A stretch of DNA of 32,000 nucleotides from Candidatus Saccharimonadota bacterium (GTDB lineage Bacteria; Patescibacteriota; Gracilibacteria; Absconditabacterales; Absconditicoccaceae). Positions 8,064-18,012 of the stretch are shown piece by piece. Numbering within the stretch: the first letter of the stretch is position 1; the number at the start of each line of letters is the position of its first letter. The translations under genes and the position numbers were made by a program. The notes beneath the pieces were generated by a model, which searched no databases, was not told the origin of the DNA, and saw only the letters and a program-made list of their open reading frames with translations. Location: assembly GCA_030429145.1 (NCBI GenBank), contig JAUIDC010000001.1, positions 300,001-332,000 on the forward strand, written 5' to 3'.

Positions 8064-9188
8064 ATGGCTCAAAAAGAAAAAAGGAGAAATCTGAAGTTCC
8101 CGGAAGTGGGACCCGATAGTTTTCACAATCTGGTAAAAAGAAGAGTGGACGAGTACTTTGCATCAAACAACATTGCAAAAACTGGAAATAAGGCACTCTA
8201 TCTGAAAACCATTTTTTGGTTTTCCTCATTTGTTATCGCGTACGTAGGTATTATCACTATTCCATACCTACAGATCGAATCAAACTTCGTTTTGTTTTGT
8301 CTCACTATGGTATGGTATGTCGCACTTGGTTATATCATTCCTGGCATAGGCATGGGAGTTATGCACGATGCGGCACACAATAGCTATAGTCAGAACAAAA
8401 GGCTCAACAAAATCATCGCTTTTTGGAGTGGAGACGCAATGGCAGCAAGCATGGTATCATGGCGCATTCAACACAACATTTTGCATCATACTTTTACCAA
8501 CGTTGATGACCAAGACAGTGATATTAAGAAATATCCGATGTTTCGATTTAGTCCGCATCATAAATGGCTCAGACATCATCAGTATCAACACCTATATGCA
8601 AGAGTCCTATATCTTTTCTTATCTATCTCATGGATCATCAATGATTTCACTCGAATACTCATTACGAAAAACATCTCGGGTAAAGAAATTAAGATCAGTA
8701 AGAAACAGATTCTGGAAATGCTTTTAGGGAAAGCTATACATTTGGGGCTATTTACATTCCCCCTGTTTATCCTTCCTCATGCTTGGTGGGGTATTGTAGG
8801 GTTCTTTGTGATGCATTTTATTGTCGGCTATATATTAGCCATTACGTTTCAACTCGCCCACGTGGTGGAACCTGCTGAATTTTTACAGGAACCAGAAGGA
8901 ACAGATGAGCTTGATATGCCATGGAGGGAGCATACGATGAGGACAACCGCAAATTTTGATCCTCACAACAAGCTTCTTACCTGGTATGTTGGTGGTTTAA
9001 ACTATCAGATAGAACACCACCTATTCCCGCAAATCTCTCATGTGCACTATCCAGCAATCAGACAGATTGTGAAAGAGACTGCACAAGAATGCGGACAGCC
9101 TTATCACGAATTCAAAACAAAGAAGGCTGCAAAACAATCTCACTTTGGACACCTTAAGCTATTAGGGCAAGCCCCTAAAGCCGCTTAG
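8064..9188 (+). CDS. Membrane fatty-acid desaturase, front-end (delta5/delta6/sphingolipid) type, no cytochrome b5 domain
   Basis: Histidine boxes HDAAHN, HNILHH and Q-type third box QIEHHLFP, with hydrophobic spans between them. Start set at MAQKEKRRNLKF (8064) inside track ORF 7989-9188. 374 aa, no in-frame TGA. Confidence 0.85.
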   Translation: MAQKEKRRNLKFPEVGPDSFHNLVKRRVDEYFASNNIAKTGNKALYLKTIFWFSSFVIAYVGIITIPYLQIESNFVLFCLTMVWYVALGYIIPGIGMGVMHDAAHNSYSQNKRLNKIIAFWSGDAMAASMVSWRIQHNILHHTFTNVDDQDSDIKKYPMFRFSPHHKWLRHHQYQHLYARVLYLFLSISWIINDFTRILITKNISGKEIKISKKQILEMLLGKAIHLGLFTFPLFILPHAWWGIVGFFVMHFIVGYILAITFQLAHVVEPAEFLQEPEGTDELDMPWREHTMRTTANFDPHNKLLTWYVGGLNYQIEHHLFPQISHVHYPAIRQIVKETAQECGQPYHEFKTKKAAKQSHFGHLKLLGQAPKAA

Positions 9189-9213
9189 GTTTACATCGAG
9201 AAAGTTAATAATA

Positions 9214-9243
9214 AAATCCCGGTATTGTCCCGGGATTTTTTTT
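9214..9243 (+). terminator. Rho-independent terminator after the desaturase
   Basis: AAATCCCGG / CCGGGATTT 9-bp stem with a 7-nt loop, followed by a T-run. Confidence 0.7.
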
Positions 9244-9249
9244 GTGATC

Positions 9250-9282
9250 AAAAAAACACTAACCCGAAAGTTAATGTTTTTT
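9250..9282. terminator. Second hairpin flanked by A-run and T-run (possible bidirectional terminator)
   Basis: AACACTAAC / GTTAATGTT stem (one mismatch), 6-nt loop, A-run 5' and T-run 3'. Lies 50 nt from the 3' end of the minus-strand gene at 9329. Confidence 0.4.
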
Positions 9283-9328
9283 GGTGGAGTTAAATTATAT
9301 GGATTAGAATTTGAGATTTTTAAAGTTT

Positions 9329-9733
9329 TTAGATGCTTTTTTCATTAAGTCATATAGCTAATTGCTCCATATCGTCCATTCTCCCCTCCAATGAACCATA
9401 ATATGTGTCATCCATATACCAAAAGTATTTTCCTACGTTAGTTATGGTCTCTTTATACATATCAGGAATTTTATCTGCTCCTTTTGATCTCATAATAAGA
9501 TAAAATCACATAACATATTTCACCAATCATTCAGTAAGAATCCTTTTACCAGCATCGTCTATTCTATGGATTTCAGCTAAAAGTCTTGCCATATCAGACA
9601 ACTCACGTTTGATAGCCTGATCCATAGTTTCGCTGTTTTTCTCTCAGCGATGTATAAGTCCATGTTCTACAAGTCATTCATTGAATGCAGTTAACCCTTG
9701 TAGCATCTTCTCATTGAATCCACAGAGCGCCAT
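9329..9733 (-). CDS. Hypothetical protein (134 aa), five in-frame TGA
   Basis: Absent from the ORF track. Under code 25 there is an uninterrupted 135-codon frame: MALCGFNEKMLQGLTAFNE-G-LVEHGLIHR-G-EKNSETMDQAIKRELSDMARLLAEIHRIDDAGKRILTE-G-LVKYVM-G-FYLIMRSKGADKIPDMYKETITNVGKYFWYMDDTYYGSLEGRMDDMEQLAI-G-LNEKSI, ending in TAA. Confidence 0.55.
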
Positions 9734-9859
9734 TTGTGTAATATATACGAAATAAATCTATAAGAATTATAGAAACAGAAGGATTAAAAATCAATTGAAA
9801 TAATAATTTTTGTGAATATATTATGTATATACAATAATTTACTATTCTCAGAATAAATT

Positions 9860-10675
9860 ATGCTATTTCCAAAACCTATCTACGATGAGATTATCAACGA
9901 GCTCATTGAACATAAGGACTACTCTATCCAACAATTACATAAGGTAGTATCTTCTCGCGAAAAAACATCTCTTCCGTATTTTTATACAATTATTAATGAT
10001 CTCATTGAGAAAAGGATATTATTTAAAGAAAAATGAAAATTAAGGCTTCACTCTACTCGAGTAATAGCTTTTCTAGAAATGGCAGAAAAGGTTAACAAAT
10101 CGTATATCAGGGAGAATGATTTTGTCATTAATCTTAACGACGGAGAACAAAAATCATTTTATGCACAATCACTGTATGATCTTGATCATATTTGGGTCAA
10201 TATATTGAGCAATATAATACTACAATCTCCACAGTCTGATTCAATATATGTGTATAACTCTCATCCTTATTCCATGATTTGAATGGAAAATTATGACACA
10301 CAGCTTATATGACATCTGAGAAATCAGATTAAGCATATGTATTTTCTGATTGGCAACGACACCCTGCTTGATAATTACTGAGCAGATCTTTTACGTATGC
10401 AACAATGACAAGTCGCAATAAATACAGAGACTTCTTTTATGAAAGAATGATATATGGTGAATATCGTATGAGATTATATTATAGAAATGGTTCTACCCTT
10501 AAATATAAACTCATACTTTAATGTTTTCTTTCATTCTACCAAAAACCTTAAGGAGTTTAATAGTTCTCTTTTTCAAGAAATATTTAAGATGAAGGCCGAA
10601 TGTAAATGTACAGTCATTCACTCTCCTCAACAAGCAATGGCTATGAAGAAAGAGATTATGAAATCTTTCAAATAA
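9860..10675 (+). CDS. Hypothetical protein (271 aa) with winged-helix-like N-terminus, seven in-frame TGA
   Basis: Joins track ORFs 10079-10282 and 10487-10675 (same frame) to the ATG at 9860. N-terminus is MLFPKPIYDEIINELIEHKDYSIQQLHKVVSSREKTSLPYFYTIINDLIEKRILFKEK-G-KLRL. Family call is by eye only. Confidence 0.6.
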
Positions 10676-10707
10676 TAAAAAAACACCAAGCCGAAGCCTG
10701 ATATTTT

Positions 10708-10784
10708 TGGTGGACCCTAGGAGATTCGAACTCCTCACCTCCTCGGTGCAAACGAGGCGCTCTAGCCAAATGAGCTAAGGGCCC
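10708..10784 (-). tRNA. tRNA-Ala (anticodon UGC), CCA encoded
   Basis: RC reads GGGCCCTTAGCTCATTTGGCTAGAGCGCCTCGTTTGCACCGAGGAGGTGAGGAGTTCGAATCTCCTAGGGTCCACCA. G3:U70 identity pair is present. Loop is TT-TGC-AC. Confidence 0.9.
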
Positions 10785-11056
10785 ATAGATGTAGCACTTA
10801 GAATTTCTGTTTTGATTCTTCTTATTGGTTCTATTTTCAATACCTCCTCAATTTCCTGTATTCTTGCTGCAATAGGACGTAATCCTTGCAGGATGTTATC
10901 TGCTTCTTTTCTAAGGGCATTGCTTGATGCTCAAAGCGTATCTGCTATCTCTTCTGCATATCTTTTGTGCTCGAACCAGCTAGCCTTGTCAATTGACCGC
11001 TTATCACGCAATTGACTCAATTCTTCTTCTAACTGTTTCCTTTCAGCCTTTCTCAT
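10775..11056 (-). CDS. Small coiled-coil-like hypothetical protein (93 aa)
   Basis: MRKAERKQLEEELSQLRDKRSIDKASWFEHKRYAEEIADTL-G-ASSNALRKEADNILQGLRPIAARIQEIEEVLKIEPIRRIKTEILSATSMGP. The TAG stop lies 10 nt inside tRNA-Ala, which lowers confidence. Confidence 0.35.
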
Positions 11057-11075
11057 ACAGTAGATAAGAGCAAAT

Positions 11076-11158
11076 TGGGAAGGGAAGGATTCGAACCTTC
11101 GTAGACTTTCGTCGGCGGATTTACAGTCCGCTGCAATTGACCGCTCTGCCACCTGCCC
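11076..11158 (-). tRNA. tRNA-Tyr (anticodon GUA), long variable arm, CCA not encoded
   Basis: RC reads GGGCAGGTGGCAGAGCGGTCAATTGCAGCGGACTGTAAATCCGCCGACGAAAGTCTACGAAGGTTCGAATCCTTCCCTTCCCA. Loop is CT-GTA-AA. Confidence 0.9.
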
Positions 11159-11178
11159 ATATGATCTACTGTGTATGG

Positions 11179-11406
11179 TTACTTCAATTGTAATCATGTT
11201 GGATCTGGCTGGACAAACTGTCCTCCAAAGATCATCATGATACCAATGACGATGATAATGAACCCAAGGATAATGATTCCTTGCATAGTGCCTCACAGGT
11301 TGTTCTCTGCTCGTGCTCGTCTCCCGAACATCTTAGTGAGCGATGACGAATAGAATATCATAGCGACACCTATACCTGCTACTAATAGCCCTCCAATGAC
11401 ACGCAT
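11179..11406 (-). CDS. Small two-TM membrane protein (75 aa)
   Basis: MRVIGGLLVAGIGVAMIFYSSSLTKMFGRRARAENNL-G-GTMQGIIILGFIIIVIGIMMIFGGQFVQPDPT-G-LQLK. Two hydrophobic helices. Only open under code 25. Confidence 0.45.
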
Positions 11407-11441
11407 CTGTGTTCATAGATAGATAAAGACATGTTTATATC

Positions 11442-11515
11442 AGCGAGCAACGGGACTTGAACCCGTACAGGCAGAGCTGAATTCTGCCATGCTACACCAA
11501 TTACATCATGCCCGC
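11442..11515 (-). tRNA. tRNA-Gly (anticodon UCA), the UGA decoder
   Basis: RC reads GCGGGCATGATGTAATTGGTGTAGCATGGCAGAATTCAGCTCTGCCTGTACGGGTTCAAGTCCCGTTGCTCGCT. Anticodon stem GCAGA/TCTGC, loop AT-TCA-GC. G1:C72, C2:G71, G3:C70 and U73 match bacterial glycine identity. 74 nt, normal cloverleaf (7-bp acceptor, 5-bp T stem), so not tRNA-Sec. Confidence 0.85.
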
Positions 11516-11536
11516 ACGCTACAGCACTGTTAGGCA

Positions 11537-11564
11537 ACTATAGTAAAGTCGCATCCGTTTTCAA
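11537..11564 (-). promoter_or_regulatory. Predicted sigma70-type promoter directly upstream of tRNA-Gly(UCA)
   Basis: Minus strand TTGAAA (11559-11564), 16-nt spacer, TATAGT (11537-11542). The -10 element ends 21 nt before the tRNA 5' end. Confidence 0.35.
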
Positions 11565-11570
11565 GGTATT

Positions 11571-12332
11571 TTAATCCACAGCAACTCACCCATACGCACG
11601 CAGTTGTTCTCTGATCTGTATAAGTCTTTCTAGATAACTGTCTCTGAAAAGATCTACATTTGCAATGATGATATCTTCATTGCTTTCCAAAAGTGTTTGC
11701 AACTGAGTCAATGCTGTTACATATGCTTGTAGTCTCACTATAATAGCTTGATAGGCGTTCATGGAAATTCTCGCCTTTGTCTCACATGATCAAGCATCAA
11801 GAGAACGAGCGAGCCCCCTCTCCATAAGTCCACCATCGGCATCAGCAAGACCTTGAAAGAACTCATTGTCCGCCGCTGTTTTCTCAGCAGCACACTGCTG
11901 GTAGTCTTGCGATGCAGTCTCGCGATCGAGTTGCAGATCGGCTATAACCTGTTCTCATGCAAGTACAATTTTATTGACATTTTTGACATAGGTCTGCAGC
12001 GCTAGTCTCTTATTCGACGCATTTTGCAAATAGGCAACAACATTGTTTGCAAGCACTGCTTGTGCATCTGATAAAAGCTCTGTCGCTTGATTGAACGAGA
12101 TATTTGTCGCCACGCTCCTCTCTGTCAGCTCAAGATGTAACATCGTCACACCGATGACCGAATCATCGACAAGCCCCTTCTGCTGATAGACAGTAGGAGC
12201 AACCTGTTTCTGTGATGTCCATACGCCAAGCCACGAACCACCCTCTGCTGAGCGTGCTGAAAGTATAAGTGCAACGCACCCACCCAGCAATACCAGATAG
12301 AATAAAGGATGACTCACTACTTTACGTAGCAT
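11571..12332 (-). CDS. Bitopic membrane protein of unknown function (253 aa), last gene of the pilus-like operon
   Basis: Track ORF 11955-12332 extended through TGA 11955-11957, 11790-11792 and 11586-11588 to TAA 11571-11573 (every codon checked by hand). N-terminal TM is HPLFYLVLLGGCVALILSA. The rest is helical and Q/L/A-rich. Confidence 0.65.
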
Positions 12333-12359
12333 AACATAAATATAATGTAATTAAATTTT

Positions 12360-13466
12360 TTATCCACCCGCACCGATAGTATTTACCATATCGGCCATTG
12401 GCAAGAAGATAGACGCCACGATCACACCAATCACTACCGCAACTGATGCAAGAAGGATCGGCTCGACCAAACTCATCAGTGTCTTTATCTTTGTGTCTAA
12501 CAGATCGTTGTAGAACTGCGACATCTTTTCAAGGACCGTATCGATATTACCCGTACGCTCACCAACCAGTACAATCTGCACCAAGATCGGATCAAAAAGC
12601 TCTGACCCTTCCATACTATCCGAGAAGCCAAATCATGCTTCTAGGTCTCTTCTAATATCGAGTACTTTCTTTTTATAGTGATAGTTTGCCATAATAGCGG
12701 CAATCTGCTCAAGTGCTACTGTCGGGCTTACTCCAGCCTTATAGAAGTCACCGAGAAGCTTTGAAAATCTATACAGGTAGAATGTTTTGATTGCATCTTT
12801 TGCTGCTGGTATCTTCAACACAAGATCATCGATAAATATCTTGAAGAGAAGCATATTCTTATACAAGAATCTATAGAGCATAACTAAACCAAAGATAAGA
12901 AGCCCTATCCATCGCCATGAGACTTTCATAAAATCCGATGCTGCGATCACAAATTTTGTTACCGACGGCAATAGATCTGGATCGGGGAAAAGCGTTACAA
13001 TAGACGGGATCACCTTTACCAATAGAACCGCCACAGCAATAATAGCGAAGATCAAAAGGATAATCGGATAGGTCATTGCACTTTTAATCTTATTTCTCGT
13101 CTTCTGATAGTTCTCCAACTCCTCTGCAATATTGAGCAAAATTTCTGGCATATTACCAATCGACTCTGAAGCTCTTACGAGTTCTATCTCATCATTTCCA
13201 AAGAAGTGACGATATCTTTCCATCGCTGTCGCTAAACTAATACCTTCATTAATCTGTTCGAGCAACCCTTGGATGATAATCTTCATACCATAATTTCTCT
13301 CCGAGTGTAGGATAGAGTTAAGCGCCTCTTTCAAACCGAGTCACGCCTTTTGAGATACAGACAAAAGCCTGAAGAATACTGTTTTATTCTTCACTGTTGC
13401 ACGATTGAGACTAATCATCAATCATTCTAACATACTTGGCTTATTGCTCATCTTTGTATCAGCCAT
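12360..13466 (-). CDS. pilC: Type IV pilus / T2SS platform protein (PilC/GspF family)
   Basis: Joins track ORFs 12360-12614 and 12633-13334 and an N-terminal extension through TGA 12633-12635, 13341-13343 and 13422-13424. ...FFRLLSVSQKA-G-LGLKEAL... and a duplicated GspF-type domain with three TM spans. 368 aa. Confidence 0.9.
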
Positions 13467-13490
13467 GGCTGTATAATAACATTAAATAAA

Positions 13491-14813
13491 CTATTTTTCT
13501 ACGTCTTTATGTTTTATCAGTCTGTAGAGTTCTTCCAGAGTAATCATTCCTTTTATCACCTTATAGATACCATCTCTTTCCAGGTTTGACATTCACTTAC
13601 TCAATGCAAATTTTTCTATCTCAAACGCTGTCTTTCCTTGCAACAACATGTTCTTCACATCATCAGTATACTCCATCACCTCAAAGATACCTATACGTCA
13701 CTTATATCATGATCCTCCACACACTGCACAGGTCTCTCCTGTCTTTGGATCTTTTCCTGAACCTACATGTAGTTTTCCGTCGAGGAAGTTTTGCCATTGC
13801 TCATTAGTGATACTTCTTTTTTTCATTTCATTGACAAGCGTATCTTTCGGTATACGAGAGATCTCCTCTCTTGCCCAGAAGTATTGCTTATCACTCTTCA
13901 TATCTACACTATGTCCACAGTTATGACATACTCTTCTTGAAAGACGCTGTGCCATTACGAAGTTAAATGTACCAGCAAGCATAAATGGCTTTGCACCTAG
14001 ATTGAGTACACGGGTAATGGTTTCTGCTGCTGAGTTCGTATGGATCGTAGAAAAGACCAGATGTCAGGTCATCGCCGCTTCCATCGACATTTCAAGCGTC
14101 TCCTTATCACGAATTTCTCAGACCATGATAATATCCGGGTCTTGACGCAGTGCGGCACGAAGACCTTGGGCAAAAGTATATCCAATATCTGCTCTCACCT
14201 GTGACTGAGAAAGACCGTCCATTTTGTTTTCCACCGGATCTTCATAGGTGATAATATTCACATCAACTTTGTTGATATGATCCAAAGCAGCATAGAGTGT
14301 CGCTGTTTTACCGGAACCGGTAGGTCCGGTATTAAGAATAATACCGTTTGGATAGTCTAGCTGACGTAGGATTTGCTCTTCAATCGTTCCCTCGATACCG
14401 AGTTCATTAAGTTTTTGTGTTTTTTTCGACTTATCCACAATACGCATCACGAGCTTCTCTCACCATACAGTTGGAAGTGTTGACGCACGAAGGTCGATCT
14501 CCTTATTGGTCAGTGTGATAGTAGAAACACGGGCATCCTGTGGCACACGTTTCTCATCGGGACGCATCTGCCCTGACTCAATCTTGAACTTCGCGATGAC
14601 TGACTCGTGAATATTTTTCGGATACTGGATAAGCTCAAAAAGTAGACCATCCACTCTCAGTCTTATTCTTCCGAAATTTTCAAACGGCTCAATATGGATA
14701 TCCGATGCTCCTTCTTCTACAGCGATCGTCAAAAGGTTGTCGAACAACTTAATCGTGTCCGCCTGTATGATCGACTCTTGTAGATTCTTCTTAAACTGAG
14801 CGATATCAGCCAT
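13491..14813 (-). CDS. pilB: Type IV pilus assembly ATPase (PilB/GspE family)
   Basis: Joins track ORFs 14460-14813, 14118-14450 and 13707-13982 through TGA 14460, 14118, 14064, 13707, 13698 and 13593. Walker A GPTGSGKT, Walker B DPDIIMV-G-EIRD, His box MT-G-HLVFSTIHTN, tetracysteine CHNCG...CAVCGGS-G-YK-G-RIGIFE. 440 aa, TAG at 13491-13493. Confidence 0.9.
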
Positions 14814-14842
14814 AGGTAAAGATTGAACGTAAAAGGTAAATA

Positions 14843-16255
14843 TTATTTGACGCCACAGAGACCTGCATCATCAAGCATTCTGTGGAGCTCAAAGAGCTTC
14901 GTTGTTTGTCTATATCTTGGGTATTGTGAGTATTCTGACTGTACATCTTCGAAGAGAAGTGCTAGGTCTGTAAGGTCCTTACTTTTTTCATTACTGAGTG
15001 TTGCGATACTTCCAAACTGCTTAGTATTTTCTTGCAGATATGAAAGTGCATTGTCTGGACTCATCGCCCTATCAGCAACAAAACAGTCTTTTCCAAGAGC
15101 CATAGCGATCTCATTGAGTTCTTGATCAGTGATAGCTCTACCGAACACGTCTATCTGAATCTTTCCGATGTATTGATCAGCATTACCCAATGTTCCAGCT
15201 TGTTTTTCAAACGAGAACTGTTTCACATTGATCACAGGAGGAAGATACTGAAGGAATGCTCTCAGCTGTCCTGCTGTATTGTTACCAGGGAAACCAAGGG
15301 TATATGCAAGTAGTGGAATAGATCTAAATTTCTCTCTAAACTTGAAGTAACAGAAAGCAAGATTGTTATCAGAACATCCTACTGTAGAGAGAACTGCATT
15401 ATCGATCATCGTTTCTGTTATTTCGATAGGTGTCTGTTCTGTCGAACCTTCCATCCAAAGATAGAGACTCTTTCCAATAGCTTGGTCTATATTTTGGCCA
15501 GTGTATGTTGGTTCATTTCTGAGCTTCAACTCCTCCCAAAGATTGTAGAGATACTCATTGATGAGAGAAATATTTCCTCTGTTTGACGTGATAGAGAGCT
15601 TATCTACTAACATCAGGAATGAACGCTTATTGCTCGAAGAGAATGATACATTGATAGGGATAACAAACGATCCATTTTCATTTTCAGTTAACGTACCGAT
15701 ACTAATATCATTGATTTCGTTATACTGTGTATTTCTACCAATATCTCTAAAGAAGTCTGTTCGGTGCGAGATCAGATTGTTATCAATATATGGGTTCTGA
15801 TCGAGGTATTTCTGACCTACAATCGAGAGGTCTATAGTGTCAGAGTATCTATCCTTCCAGATGTTCATAGAAGGGAAAAGGATGTATTGAAGGAAATATG
15901 CATATGGCTTTTGCAGTCTCTCAAAATAGTCGATAGAGATATCTTTTTCTGTCAGCGCCTCCTTATGGATAGCGATCAGATCATCTATATCTGTTACATC
16001 TTGCATAGCCTCTGCTGTCAGTGGATTGGTTTTCAATCCTTGCAGATTATAGAGTGATATGTCTGTCAGACTGCTACTCATAGCATTGAGCGATCTAAAG
16101 TTTCTTACAGCAACGCCCACAAAGAAAATTGCAAGAAGAATCGAAATCACCAAAATGACTTTTGCTATCCTCAGCACAGTAGTTTTTTTGAGAGAGAAAG
16201 AGAATTTCTTCTTCTCGTCACTGCTCTTGGCTTTAAAGATATTAAGTGATATCAT
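14843..16255 (-). CDS. Large bitopic membrane protein of unknown function (470 aa)
   Basis: Uninterrupted 470-codon ORF. Short cytoplasmic N-terminus, one TM (IAKVILVISILLAIFFVGVAV), about 420-aa external domain. Ends 30 nt upstream of pilB. No family recognised. Confidence 0.8.
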   Translation of the reverse strand: MISLNIFKAKSSDEKKKFSFSLKKTTVLRIAKVILVISILLAIFFVGVAVRNFRSLNAMSSSLTDISLYNLQGLKTNPLTAEAMQDVTDIDDLIAIHKEALTEKDISIDYFERLQKPYAYFLQYILFPSMNIWKDRYSDTIDLSIVGQKYLDQNPYIDNNLISHRTDFFRDIGRNTQYNEINDISIGTLTENENGSFVIPINVSFSSSNKRSFLMLVDKLSITSNRGNISLINEYLYNLWEELKLRNEPTYTGQNIDQAIGKSLYLWMEGSTEQTPIEITETMIDNAVLSTVGCSDNNLAFCYFKFREKFRSIPLLAYTLGFPGNNTAGQLRAFLQYLPPVINVKQFSFEKQAGTLGNADQYIGKIQIDVFGRAITDQELNEIAMALGKDCFVADRAMSPDNALSYLQENTKQFGSIATLSNEKSKDLTDLALLFEDVQSEYSQYPRYRQTTKLFELHRMLDDAGLCGVK

Positions 16256-16285
16256 GGTAGTAATAATAAGAGATAATAAAGTATA

Positions 16286-17866
16286 TTATTGCTGTGTTTG
16301 GTCAAAGTCATAGATTTCTCTTTGCGCATTCTTCTGTAGTGGAAGCGTGAAGTCAAATGCTGAGTTGTTTACCACGTACTCTTGGCTACCTATTCTGAGT
16401 TTCTTTTTGTTTACTTTTAGCGTCTGGAGATTGATTGGATCTGCCACAACGAACTTACTTTCTCTCAGGAGATTGATAATCTTCGTTGCAAGATAGATAT
16501 GAGGATTGAGGATACCTTTGTTCAAAAGCTGGAGCTCATCCTCTTGGAATGTATTGATATCAATACCAAATGAGATGTTGTTCTGTAGTGGATCAAAGTT
16601 TCTAATGTTGATTGCTAGACTTGGAAAGTCACTGTCCTCAAGCTGAGCGTCAAGGTAACTCATCAATATTGGGAAGACTCTTCTATCGATAGACGCATTC
16701 GCGTCTACATATGTATAGTAGTTTGAAAAGTCGTTCCCCTGAGGCATGGTACATGTATCAGCATTTACATATGGATTGAAGTAACATGTAGTAAGATAAT
16801 TTTGTATATCCTTTTCACCTCTACTTCTATATGCAGTGAGCATAGCCTCTACCTGTGATGTTGGAAGAGATATAAAGCTACCGAACTGCTGGATAAATGT
16901 ATCAAGATTGGTAAAGAACGTCAGTGCTGTTGAAAATCTAATAGCCTCTACCGCAATCAATGATTTCTGCAATGAGTTGTCCATAAAGGTTGACTCTGCA
17001 AAAAGCTGTACATCCTTCGGGAAGAAACCGTATCCTCCGATATCTTGCTTGATCTCATCAAGTTTCTGATATTGTGTAGCTGTGCTTCTTGCAAGCTGTT
17101 CTACACTCCTGTCAAGCACCTCTTTCTTAATAACATAGCTCAGAGACTTGTCGCTCACGATGGCATTGAGAGACATCTCTGCATTTGCTGTAGTAAGACT
17201 ATCAATACCATATGTATCAGGATTTTGTCCAATAAGAGTACTAATAGTCGAATATGACTTATCTATCGTTGGCATGTAGTAGTCAACCATGTTTGGTACG
17301 CTCTTTCCTTGGATGTGACGAAGATATTGTTGGAACACATAACCAACAAACGCGATAAGAAGAAACACGAGAGTGAGCATCACTACTCTAGTCATCCTCT
17401 TGAAAAAGAGTCTTTCGAAAACTGCTTGCTGCATCGCCTTATCTTTTGCAGAATCTTGTTTCTCAACCTTGAAATCTATCTTACTCGCCTCTTTTTTTGT
17501 CGCAGTGAAAGAGTCTACCGCAGCCGTCAATCCTGACAGATCCAAATCGTCATCACCAGTTGCTTTCTCCTCTGCCTTTGCATCTGCTTCTTGTGAGTCT
17601 GTTTTTTGTAGTTCAGCATTGTCAGCTTTTTCCTCTGAAGCCTTAGCCGCTGGCGCTTCAGCCGCTTCGTTTTTTACTGGCGTCTCATCTGGTCATGCAA
17701 AAAGCTTTGAAGATGTTTCCTGTAGACCGTCTGAAGCATTTTGTGCTTCAGCAGTCTCAGCCACATTTTCGTTTTGTTTACCACCTGCGATATCATCGAG
17801 AGAACCAAGTGTTCCCTGTGACTCCTGTGGTGTGTTTTGGTTTGTGTTTTTTGTATTTTCTGCCAT
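16286..17866 (-). CDS. Large bitopic membrane protein of unknown function (526 aa) with acidic low-complexity N-terminus
   Basis: Track ORF 16286-17545 (TTG artefact start) extended in frame through one TGA to the ATG at 17866. MAENTKNTNQNTPQESQ...AEAPAAKASEEKADNAELQKTDSQEADAKAEEKATGDDDLDLSG..., then a TM (VVMLTLVFLLIAFVGYVF) and about 350 external residues. Confidence 0.7.
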
Positions 17867-17901
17867 CTGATAGAGATCAGCATATAAAGATTACACCTAC
17901 A

Positions 17902-17930
17902 ATGATACGGAGCGCTCGAAATTAATACAA
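17902..17930 (-). promoter_or_regulatory. Predicted sigma70-type promoter of the pilus-like operon
   Basis: Minus strand TTGTAT (17925-17930), 17-nt spacer, TATCAT (17902-17907), about 35 nt upstream of the ATG at 17866. Confidence 0.3.
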
Positions 17931-18012
17931 ATTTTGCCTCTCCTCTCTCCTATGCTGATAGATTTTCACTAGACAATTTCCAAAAAATAATTCTAATAAA
18001 TAAAAAAGAGGA

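Noticed and set aside
11442-11515. UGA read as Trp (code 4) or Sec, with the UCA tRNA being tRNA-Trp or tRNA-Sec
   Set aside because: The aligned positions are Gly, not Trp or Cys/Sec. TGG still appears at plausible Trp sites. The tRNA has Gly identity (U73, G1:C72, C2:G71, G3:C70) and an ordinary 7/5 cloverleaf with a short variable loop.
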